DNA of 64,000 nucleotides from assembly GCA_051294905.1 (NCBI GenBank), contig CM119371.1:2606001-2670000 (forward strand). Direction: 5' to 3'. The stretch is from Botryllus schlosseri. Lineage: Eukaryota. The notes beneath the pieces are model-generated. The model saw nothing but the letters and a program-made list of their open reading frames with translations. It did not search any database and was not told the DNA's origin. The position numbers and the translations under genes are program-made. Shown here in pieces: positions 15,401 to 27,400 of this stretch. Within the stretch, counting starts at the first letter, position 1, and every line of letters starts with the position of its first letter.

Positions 15401-18400
15401 AATCTACGATTAAAACGAAATGCAGAGGTCAAAAAATGTTTGACTTTGTGAACAATTTTGACCTATCGCTACAATTTTGACCTAATTTTGACTTTTTTTG
15501 ACATGTAAAAAAAAATTGCCCTAGTTATAATATATCGAAGCAGAAATTTGTCTAGAATATGCGTTCACACACAATGATTCAGGAGAAGCTCTTCAATTAT
15601 TCAGTACCAGACTTCCAAATATTCTAAAAAGATGTCTTGCTTGTTCAAAACAACAAATGGCAAAAACCCTATCCCTTGATTTAAAATGATCTAAAATCCC
15701 GAAGGGAATTGAAAATTAAAGTACAGTGACAACAAAAAATCTTTAGCTTCAGCAGGCAAAAAAAATACTTACGAAATTATCACTAGCTGTAAGCTTGCTA
15801 TTCCCTACAAAATTATCGCATCTTCAAAACGCTCCTAATTACGTCATGAGCTGCAGCTTGGCTCTACTACACTTTAAGTGCCTAGCGTTGTCTACAGTTG
15901 CGCGAATAGTGATGTCAGTGAAATGAGCGAACGTTCAATCCAATCAGAAGTATGGACTCGTTATCAAGGTTGAATCAACTTGATATCAAACCTTGACGTT
16001 GAAGTGCCCTTCAATTGTAACCATGTCAGTAAGCATGTGACTTCCACTTATCTTGATGACATCTTCTTCGTTCTTCAATTCAACCCATTCTTCTCCTACA
16101 GTCATCTTGACTACCTGAATATTGTACAGAATTTAAACGCGAGATTGTGCATTTTATTGATCATCCACCAAATATCGTGACGTCGTATCGATATCGTAAT
16201 AGACACAGTGACGACCGAAGCATCACAGATCATCATATTTTTCACGTCATCAACCCAGATCACTGATTTTACCGGCGTTTTTGTCAGTGGCGCCATTTTG
16301 GGACATTTGCGACTCAATATCTCCGCAAACACTCGTTTATATGAGGCATGAATTAAATTGGCGACATCAAGAGAAAAAACTTTACGAATCGAGACAAAGA
16401 CATTTTGGTCTATATAGTTGATCTTTAAAGCAAATCGTAATCACCCAAAACCGTATTCCTGTATTAACACGAATTCACGATTGAATTTCGTCTTTTGATC
16501 AGAGCGCGAAATTGGACAGTTTCCTAGTGTGAGCATGTAAATCTGAATTATTTCATGGACATCATATTGACTCCTATATTACAAGGCAAACAAAATGCTG
16601 CATTCCAAAACGCTTTTATGTTCAGTAAAAACTTTTTCGATGCACACTTTGTTGATAAGGACTGGTAATTATCTGTTGCGTACCGACAATGTCTACATGC
16701 ACAATCCAGTATTGTAACGATGCTAGCAATGTTACTTGTTACTCACGCAGTGCATTTTTTAGCGGCACGCGGCGTTCAATGACGTAAATGGGACATAATT
16801 TGTCAAAATATTGATGCACAACTTGATGACCGCCAGACTGACGGGTATCGATCACACCAATGCCAATTTTCATTACATTGCATTCATTTCATTCATTCTC
16901 AATTCAGTAAAAAGCGGATTATTGTTCACAAGGTCGTGGCATTAGCTCTGCGCTCTTATTGCTGCCACCACTTTACATGATCCCCCATTTCACCAAATTC
17001 GATTACATAGCTCGATATTAATGACACAGTGCGGATATTAAGAAATCATATCAGTGGGTAAATACTGTACGGCTTAGGGATGAAAGCAGAGTGGGACTGT
17101 TAAAAAATATTCTTCAGAATTCACTGTCTACGTGATAAAATTGTTAGGTTGGTTGAAACAACGCTGTAAACCAAATTTGGCTTCAAGACAAACTAGTAGA
17201 AACAAGATTCTTGCTGTAAAAAGTTTTGAATTTATAATTAAAAAAAATTCAAAGTTTTTCTTTCAACCCCATAAAATTGTGTCAGTAGTGATGATGCATA
17301 CCAAATTTGGCTAGGAGCGAAGTTATTGCCGTGGTAAAATTTCCAATTCCATGATTTTACAGGAAATAATTATAGCTTTCAATACAACATCCATTGTAGT
17401 ACAATAATTTAACTCAAATACTTTTCGGCACTCCAAAGGGATTTAAATGGATTTAGCAGCAAAACCAAATCTGTTCAACTCCCTTCAGTGTGCCTTGAAA
17501 GAGGCAACAAAAAAGTTTTCTAGTTTAATAAATATTCCACTACCTTGCATTTTGTATTGAAAGCTATATTCAAGTTCTGTACCACGAATCAGCTATTTGA
17601 ATAATTAAAGAGTTAGCTACGGTAAAATTATTTTATTCGAATCCAAATTTATTCAACTGCAATAACTTCGCTTCTAGTGTGCGGAATTGAGCCACATTTG
17701 GTGTGCATCGTCTGTACTGACAGCCCAACAATTTTACGTTGTTGACAGAAAAATTTTAAAATTTAATTTTTTAATGATAAATCCAAAATTTTCTATTGCA
17801 AGAAAATCGCTCCTACTGGTTGCAATTGACCCAAAGTTGGCCTGCAGCGTTGTTTTCGCCAACCTGACAATTTTCTAACATAACCGAATAAACCAATCAC
17901 ATGCGATTGTCACGTCACAAGTCTCCGCATACCCACATAAAATTATAGTGGCTTGTTAGTACACAACTAAATCATAGAACCGATCTCACTTCCCAGCCCA
18001 ATTTTCCAGATAGCGATTCAATCCGACGATATCCGAGAAGTAAACGCAGTGCTGTTGCTGACAACTCATTGTCACGCAAATCCACTTCCTTCACCTGGAA
18101 TGATAAATGAAATATGAATGCAATGTCTGCCAATGTCATGTCAAACTAAAAAAGCTTTACACAGACTTATCCAGGGCATATTTTGGAAGCTGAGTATGTT
18201 CAACATCATTGTGATCCTTATAATTAGGCAAACGACCCTAGGTTTAGAGGTCTTTTACTAATCCATTCAAACGGCTTCAATAAATTCTAGGAATACACCG
18301 TCCTCTATAATTCATATTACGATTTGTTTAGAGTGAATGATGGCTAATTTTATTCACTTTCGATTTCATTTTTACGAGCGAGTTGGCCACAGTAGGATCA

Positions 18401-21400
18401 ACTGTAATTTGTAATTGAGCTGCATGTGACTAATTATATTTTTTCATGTTATTTTAATTGTCATCGAAGCATTTCTATTCTGTGTAATTATAATTGTAAT
18501 CTGATAAAAATTTTCTAATTACAATTTCAATTGCATTGTTATTGAAACCTGACAATCACAGCATAAGATAATTAGCCCATTAACATGGGGGTCCTATGCG
18601 TACCTCGTCAACTAATTCAGCCATACTAAACTGTTTCCCATATAAGCCAACTTCAGCTCCAACAGAAAACTTGGTGAATTACAATATAGGCTATTGAACC
18701 AAAAAAATCCTACTATTTCATAAATGGACGAAAAGCAAATGAACTCTTCTGTAACCTGTGCTGAATCATTTCCTACACCACGGTCAGCGTTTTTTTAAAT
18801 CTCTTTGCAGAACTGAGGCTTGCTGCAGTAATTGCAAAAAGAAATTCAAGTTTTCAATAAAGACTTCATTACGCTAGATCACACATTTGCAGATATGTTA
18901 TCCCAATCTTACCTCCTATCTTGACTTAATTTACTGGGGCCCAGAACTTTTCCGCATCCTAACGTTCATCAAATGCAGTCGACAGTTTTGAGCAAGTGAA
19001 AATGTAACTGCGAACCAAAATTTTGTATTTGGTAGTTATCAGGAGCTTCTTTACTCGTGTATTTATTTTAATTTTACACACCTTATCGGTATCGTCCTTA
19101 TTGCCTTACCAATTATATATAATTCACCTTACTCAGCTCTGAGTATTCGTTTGAGTACATTTCATTGATTGTCTTGCATCCTATTCGCTATTAGTCGTTG
19201 CCAGTCGCTCGAAATTTTGATTGTTAGTAGTCGCTTATAAAAAATTTCTTTTTTTTATGTTTTTCAGAGCTCATGACTAGGAATATTTTGATTAGGTTCA
19301 AGTTTGATTTTTCTAATTAAAGGGTATTCTACGTAGTACGAATCATGAATGAAACCACCCTCTGATAGCGGACTTGGACTAGGTCGTCAATTGAAAATGA
19401 CTCGACTTGACTCGAGTCAAAACTATGAAATAGAGATTAACTTGTTACTCGGAGACTTCGTGACTAGGTTACAACCCTGATTGTAGTTATAATTTGATCT
19501 TTTTAGCATAGAGTAATTGTAATCATAATGTAATTCAAACATGCAATAAAGTAATTGTAATTGAAATTGAATTAAATTAATTATTAACTCTGGCCCTATA
19601 TTTAAATTAATACAAAGTGTACTAAATTACGCGTGGCGCCAAGAAAAAATTTCAGTAGCTACATAAATCTGTTATTATTGTTTATGTTTATTTGGAATAG
19701 ATTTTGAGTGTATTTCAAGCCTTCAAAATTATGGGATTTGAAGCATATATATTAAATTTCCTTCCAGAAACAACGTGAACAGTGAAATTCCGAACATGCC
19801 CCGGAAAATACAGACGTATGGCAATCCTGATAACTTGAGAATTTCGGACAATCATCCGTGCGCGTATTTTTCAACAAGAGCTATGTTATTGTAGGGTGAA
19901 GTGAAAAAAAAATTTTAATTTCAAAATGTGCCTTTGAAATTTTGTCCCAAATCTCGAATGAATTACTTCTATCACAATTTCAGGTTCATGCACTTTCTAG
20001 TGGCCGTGCAATTTCACCGAACATGCCGAAAATAGCTAATTTTGCCATATATTGATACCTGCTTATGCTAGAAAGCTAGTTTTAGGCTCAAAAGCTGCGG
20101 AATCAACATGTTTCTATCTCATTTCCATAGAACTTTGTCTTGAAAATGTACAGAAAAAAAGTTACAAGCAAATTATTGATTTTTAGGGCGCCAATAAAAT
20201 GTTCATTGTAATTTCGAAGAATAGCAAAGTTAGGACACTATTATTATTTCTTGTAACAGTAGTGGTGCTTAAAAATGCTGCCAGATACTGTTAAAAGTAA
20301 GTAAGATTAGTATATTATGAATGGCAATCATTCAATATCACCGAGCAGAGTTGTAAAAAGTGGGTTTCACATGACATTAACTCGGAACTGAACAGTGAAC
20401 ACAATGACTTGGACTCGAGTCAAAACACAATGACTCGGACTCGACACTCTCAGTGTTGGGATCAAGTCACTACCTTCGAGTCACCAGTCATTTCGAGTCA
20501 TTGCACATTTTGACTCGAGTCAAGTCAAATCAATTGATTTTCAAAGGGGACTCGAGTCAAGTCAAGTCACTCGATTTTTGGAAGACTCGACTTGACTCAA
20601 GTCAAAACTATAAAAGTGAGATTGACTTGTGACTTGGTTACAACCCTGACACATAGCCTGCATATATATGTATGTGAATTCCAAAATCAGTGTAAGAGAC
20701 AGTCAGTCACGCTTACGACCAACAAGAAGTATCGATAGTTACGTACGAACGTGGGCCTATATAGGTAAGATTGACTAATGGAATGTGTAGTAGCCTACAG
20801 TAATTTCGAGTGCAGTTCAATATCAATCAAATAGCGAATCTGGGCATTCTCCCGTGACGATTGCATAATGCATATTATCGAGTCCAAGGTTCAGAAGGCA
20901 CCACATTGAAAAACGCATTGTGTAGAATTTGATGAATCTAGAATACCTCTTGTTATTGTTTTCCTACTGAAGCTATGATTTGATGAAGTGGCTCACGTGA
21001 ATTCGATTTTCCAGACACCTTGCAATGATGCCTAAAAGCTCGTCGTCGATACTGCAGTTGTATAAATTCAAAGAATCAAGGTTTTGATTCTTTGCTGCAA
21101 GCGATCCAACGATATGAGCTTCATCGCGATTCAATGAGATGCGACATGCGTTGATGTCGGGAAGAACTTTCATCAGATTGTCGTCGCCCGATTCGTAGAT
21201 TGCTGTATAAAGTTCCATGCGAATGTGGGGCTTGTCTTCCATGATACCGTCGCCCCTATTCTTCTCTAGTTGCAAACGAATCGATCTATCGAGAATTTGC
21301 TGTTTATCGGTCCGATCCGAGACTGTGATGCAACAAGAAATATTGTTGCAATTGTTTTGGTCTTACAGTATACGCAACAATTTGAAGATTGCGCTACGGT

Positions 21401-24400
21401 GGCTATACAGGGTTAAGCTTGAGCAATTAAACTCTTAAATCGACTTTATACGAGTCTCTCATGAGCAACAACGGGGCATTATAGTGGTAAGAATGGGCTT
21501 GATAATAAATAATCACAGCAGCGCTGGTCGCGCACAATTTCTCGCGAAAAGTGGACAATGCTAATAATAGCACTAACTGCATAGTTTAGACAAGAAAATA
21601 TCGCCGAGAAATTATTGAAAATGTAGATAGTATGAACCGACAAATAGTACCGTAAAACGGGGTAACTTTGGACAATTTTCAACAATTCCGCTTTGTATCT
21701 TGAAAATGCTAGGGTGTAGGGGAGGCAAGATTTGTGTTTTTCGGGGATTATGGAGCAAAGATTAGAATTAACTAATCCAAAATCTTCATGGTCATAAAGA
21801 AGTACCCGTGTTTTGTAAATTATCTGTGTCCAAAGTTACCCCGGCATGTGGGTAACTTTGGACAATGTAGTTTTTTGTATGTCTTTACACTCTATTGTTT
21901 ATGAAACCCCGTAAATGAGGCTTATTTGTTAAGAGTTGATGAGAGCAGTGGCTAAAACTGAAACAAAGCAGTAGACGTCTGGCCTATTGCATGATTTTGA
22001 CCCAATCACCCCCCCCCCCCCCCAAAAAAAAAAAATTACCCTCATATTCATCCCTTATCTAAATTTTCCCTCATGTGTTCACCAATTGGGACTTATAAAT
22101 AAAATATGGCGATAAGGGGTATCCCACTGGCGGTGTCAGCAATCGACAGCAAACATTAAGCATGTTGCCGTGATTTATTGCCGATTTCAAATATTTTACT
22201 GTTCTTTAAAAGATACACAATTTCTTTTCCTATGCCCTCTGATGGATATATTTGTTGTAATTTACAATCTCCGATATTCAGGGTGTATTGAGGGTGGAGA
22301 TCATAGAGGATACTTAAGTTCCGGTTGCCAAGTAACACATGCTTGAGTACTGAGTATTACTCAATTGAGGATCATAAAGTATCCTCAGACCTAAAATGAG
22401 TTTTTAACGGCACAAAAAACGTCCGAAACTTAAGGTACGTGTAGTGCTAACTTAAGTACGCGACATGTTACTTCGAGAGCTCCGGCGTTACAGTTGGTCA
22501 GTCATCCGAGGCCATATTTCTCGTCACGCAGCAACAGCGTCAGCATAGTTACACCACAATGACCTATAGTAATGCATAACAATGACCTGGGAGTTGCAGC
22601 GGACGACTGAAAACATAAGCAAACGGCTTCTGAGGTAATATGCTGGGGATTACTCTGCATTGTAATAGTCATACCGCAATGGTCTAGATTAATGCCTAGC
22701 AATGGCTAGAAGCTACTGCGGATGACTGCAAATACAAACAAACAGGTGCTGAAGTGATGTGCGATGGTCAGGCTCGAAATCAATTTCTTAATGACTGTTG
22801 TACTGATTTAATTTATTATAACTGGCTAAATTGCTATAAACTATCAAATACAGAATTACAAGCGATAATCTAACAATTGTAATAATGAGTGATGTTCCAG
22901 CGAAGAGGGAGCCCAATTTCTCTATTCAAGAAAAAAAGTTGTTGTTGGATTTAGTGGCAGAAAATCTCGTGATTGAAAATAAAAAAAAACAGACAAATAT
23001 TCGACCAACGCGAAAGATAGAGGGTGGGAGAGTCTCGCGGAGAAGTTTAATTCCAGCGGCCTTGGGACAATTAGGAGCCAAAAATGTCTAAGAAAACGCT
23101 GGATGAATATGAAAGATAGGGCGAAAAGTGACGAGGCAAGGCTCAAAAGCGGAAAACGGGGGGTGGGCCGAAGACGTTTATTCCAGACCCTTTGACGGAA
23201 GCAGTATGCTGTGAGTGTAAAAAAATTGAATGAATAGTTGCCTACAATCATACACACTGATTTGTAACAAATGTATTTTTCAGCTGTTGTTCCTGGTCAA
23301 ATTCACCCTATCGATCATTGCCTTGATCACGATACAATCGATTGTGAAGAGGAATCTTACGTTATCATGCATTCGGAATCGCCGGTGACGAGTCATTCTT
23401 CGTCGACTCCCGTCCATTTCGGACGGAAATCAAAAAGAAGTGGCAGCTTTCATTTCGAAGAAAGCGTGGAGCAACCCCCCAAAAAGTCCAAATTTGAAGT
23501 CCTCCGTGACGAATATTTGGCCGAAAAGATAAATGCTATGAAGCAACAAGAAGTAAGAAGAGAACGGGAGTTACAGTTAAAGGAAGAAGAGAGCGTATTG
23601 ACGAAACAAGTTCTTCAGTTGAAAATAAAATATATGGAAATGAAATTGAAAACTGCTGGTTCGGAGTAATATGCAAATTCCTATTTCTGTTGTTGTTTCA
23701 TTAATTATTTTATTGTTACTGCTTTGCTACACATTACTTATTTCCCGTTCGAGATGCTGCATCTGTTGTTGTTTCTTTTATTTTATTGTTACTTCGTATA
23801 TTAACTGCTCGCTGTAGGGTACATTTATTCCGCGTATATAAATTCAAATACACAAAAGAACTATAAATGAATATACGATATAGGAATAGTAGTTGAATAA
23901 AAATGGTAGTAAAAGCGAAAATTATTTCATAAGGTATGCAAGGGCCTTACTCAAAAGTAATTTTCTAAAAAGGTATTTCTGACTGCCCTTCCGGACAAAG
24001 TGTCGTTTTGTGACGGTGCAGTTACAATGTTTACATCGTAAATACTTGGCTCCAGGTCATCTTCTTCGGGCATCGGTTGTTTTAACGCAACTGCGACGTT
24101 GTGCAAGCACGCAATTGATATTATTATCGCCACGCTGCTCTGCAATTTAGTTCTGAGCGGGATCCGGAGAGCACGGAATCTTTGCTTCATAACTCCAATA
24201 CATTGCTCGATTCGTGCTCTAGTCGCAATGTGTGCGCGATTGTATTTTTTCTCCTGTTCAGTGGTCGGATTGATAATTGGAGTTAGAAGGTGTTTTAATA
24301 ACGGGTAGCCATTGTCACCTAACAGAATTCCGTCAACTCCTGGGAATTTCTTGACCTTATAAAATTCACATTTCAGTGTTGCAGTATCATGCATCGAATG

Positions 24401-27400
24401 CATAAAACTGATTTTGTGCTTTGATATGGCGTACGCCACACGGTGTACACTTCTTCGTGCAGTGTGGCGAGACAGGCCAGCAAGGTCTCCATCGGTTACT
24501 TGGAAGTGTCCCGTAGCAAAAAAAACGCAATGCAATGGTTAAATGAAGCAGAGGGTGCAAGCTATGACTCCTAGCTTGGAAAACCTCGTCCCCTTTTATA
24601 TTATCGAATATCTCAATGACGGCATTTTTATAAAACCGACATCGTTTTATAAATTCTCCGTCATCATATTTCTCAAATGGATTCTTAGTATCCCTGAGGC
24701 GCCTGCGTGGAATCGATTCCGATTGCAGAATCTCAATTTCTTCAATTAAAGCAGCCATTTCTTTGATTATTATTCGCAGAATGGCCGATATTTAGGTTTT
24801 GCGGACGATAACAATCGGAACAGACGCTCGTTACTTAGCGACGGCTTTGGATCATGACGTCATTCTGATAAAAATAAATCTGGCAACCAGTTTCGGGATT
24901 TTCACATATCGGCTTGAGTGTTAAACTCCACTCAGTTAAATTAAGTGTGAGGATACTTTATGATCTCGAAGTTGAGTTCGAATAACAGACACAACTCAGT
25001 TGAGTTGCTGCAGGCACTTAAGTTGAGGAAAGTTTATGATCTCCACATGTTTAAGAGTATGTAATAAGTTTTTGAAGTAGCTTACACCCGATTACAATCT
25101 CTTAGCTTATTACCCACCCGTTTTTTTCAAATTTTGGCCAACTCTTGATTCATTCCCGCTTCTCAACAAAGCCATTTAGTTTACGAATTTAAGTGCCACT
25201 GTGATTGTCGGTACGTAGGAAGAACAACTCAGCGCCTGCAGGAACGTATCAAACAACATGTACCGCGCGTTATTAAACTACGTACATTAAATTCCCAGAA
25301 ACAGGCCGCTGAAACTGAAACTGAAACTGACCTAAGGGTGTTGGAACACAATCAGGCCGTGGCAATGAACTCTGCCATTGGCAGGCATTTAGCTGAGAAT
25401 GCTATTTGCGCCAATAACTATAGTGACGACAGATTCTCAATTTTGGGTAAAGGCCGCACACTTTTCCACTTGTCCGCGCTGGAATCAACAATCATTAAGA
25501 TCCATCAACCACGCTTATGCCAGCAGAAGGAACGTTTGCTTCAGCTAAAAATTTGCCACTAGCTGCGCTCGCGGTTTTGTCTGCACTTGATGTTGTTTTG
25601 TTTCTATGACGTCACAATTCGATGTATGCAATGTAGTTATATGCAAGTTTTTGAAATTCTCGTTATGCCGACGATTACCCCTGATGAGTGTTGGCTCGAA
25701 AAGCTTCGGGTTTTGATATATTTCTAGTATGAATATATTATTAAAATGTATATTAAAGTTCTGTACCCCAAAAAGTCTCTTCATTCCATTTTAAAAGCCA
25801 TCAGGCCGGTCATAACGAATATAGTTGACGATAAACTTTGACACAGATGAAGCAGCCACTTTCCTGAGCTCTAAATATCACATTTTCCCCTGTCCAAAGT
25901 TACCCCGTTCTGATAAAATTTGACAGGGTAACTTTGTACATCAGATTTTCTTATATTGATCCAAGGGTGAGCCCACTGAAATTTTTGCCGTGGATTAAGA
26001 CTACCTAGAGCAGGGGTTCTCAACCTGGGGGGCCGCGCCCCTGGGGGGGCGCGGGAGGCTCTCAGGGGGGGCGCGAGAAATTGACGAAGTCAGTATAGGG
26101 GGGGCGCGAGAAATTGACAAAGTCAGTATAAATTGTACGTGTCTGAACATCTGTTTCACATCCATTATGAGAAGACGATTAATGAAGATGAAATTTATTC
26201 CATATTCAAGAAAGCTTGCAAAATACAAACTCTAGCAACAGCGCTCAACGGAGTATAGTCTGATTTCAACTTCATTTTAGCAAATTGTTGAAATTCTTTG
26301 GAGATATAGAGAGCAATTCCCACGTGTAAGTCATTCATTGCTTCATAGCTTTGACAGTAGCCTAAAGCTTGTCGCGCTGGGCAGCTCTTGTTAGTAGCTT
26401 GCGAACTGCACTGCCTAAGACAGACTTAGATGCAACATAGGTTGCCCGGTTTCGCCCTCAATTAGGCTATAAATTAACATAATTAATTCATTTCGAAAAC
26501 TGATCAAATTTAGCCTGGCAGGACAGAACGATGCCTTGCTCTCTGTACTCACTACCAGCATCAGGAGTAGTCTCAGGGTGAATTACATCGAAATTAATTA
26601 ATGGATGTCTTGTTCAATGGTTTTTTGTTATTTTCAAACAAGTTTGAAGAAATTTGTCAGCAATGTAAAAGACTCAACAACTGGAATGCAGATTCGAAAT
26701 TGGCATAAGATATACCTTATGTATACTATTAAATCAGGGGTTGGCAGCCTGCAGCCGTAGAAGGGAATTTGAGCGGCCGTTGACGCCTAATTCAATTAGT
26801 ATGTGTTGGCGGCCGTAGACATGCAAATTGCAATTACGAATTCACTCCCGCATTTTCGAGAGATTTTAATTAATCTTGAAATTTTCTTCGCCCTCCGCGC
26901 AATTCAACAAGACTTCATTTTTCGATTTTAATGCAGTAGCGCCCTTCTTAATCTGAGCCGGAATGGGAATTGGCAATAGCAATTCATTCGCGGCCCTGAA
27001 AAATTTTCGCGCTCCGCGCGACAATATGCACCTCCCGGCAACTCTTCATAACTTTGCCACGCGCGATTTCGGTGCGTACACTAGGCCATTGTGAAAGGTA
27101 GAATAGTCCGGAGCTCACCAGGAATGGATATGGACAGTTTACCGTAGGAATTTTGCGTCCAGATCGTTCATTGTGGCTATGCCCTGGAATGCGGCCTTAC
27201 GCTATATACATAAGCAATCGAAATGCGGTCATGATTATCAAAAACGTTGCCCACCTCTGTATTAGATGATGTGCTCTTTTTGACATGACGATAAATGCAA
27301 GTCGGGTCAGGGGGCGCGAGTTTTTTGACCATCTCCAAGTGGGGCGCGGGTCAAAAAAGGTTGAGAACCACTGACCTAGAGGTATCTGCTGCCAAGTTTT

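Larger units (their letters stand above)
22294..25046. mobile_element. PIF/Harbinger transposon (decayed, two convergent genes)
   Basis: Terminal IR GTGGAGATCATA (22294-22305) / TATGATCTCCAC (25035-25046). Perfect 18-bp subterminal IR at 22370-22387 / 24948-24965. Carries Myb/SANT and HARBI1-like ORFs; TSD not clear. Confidence 0.85.
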
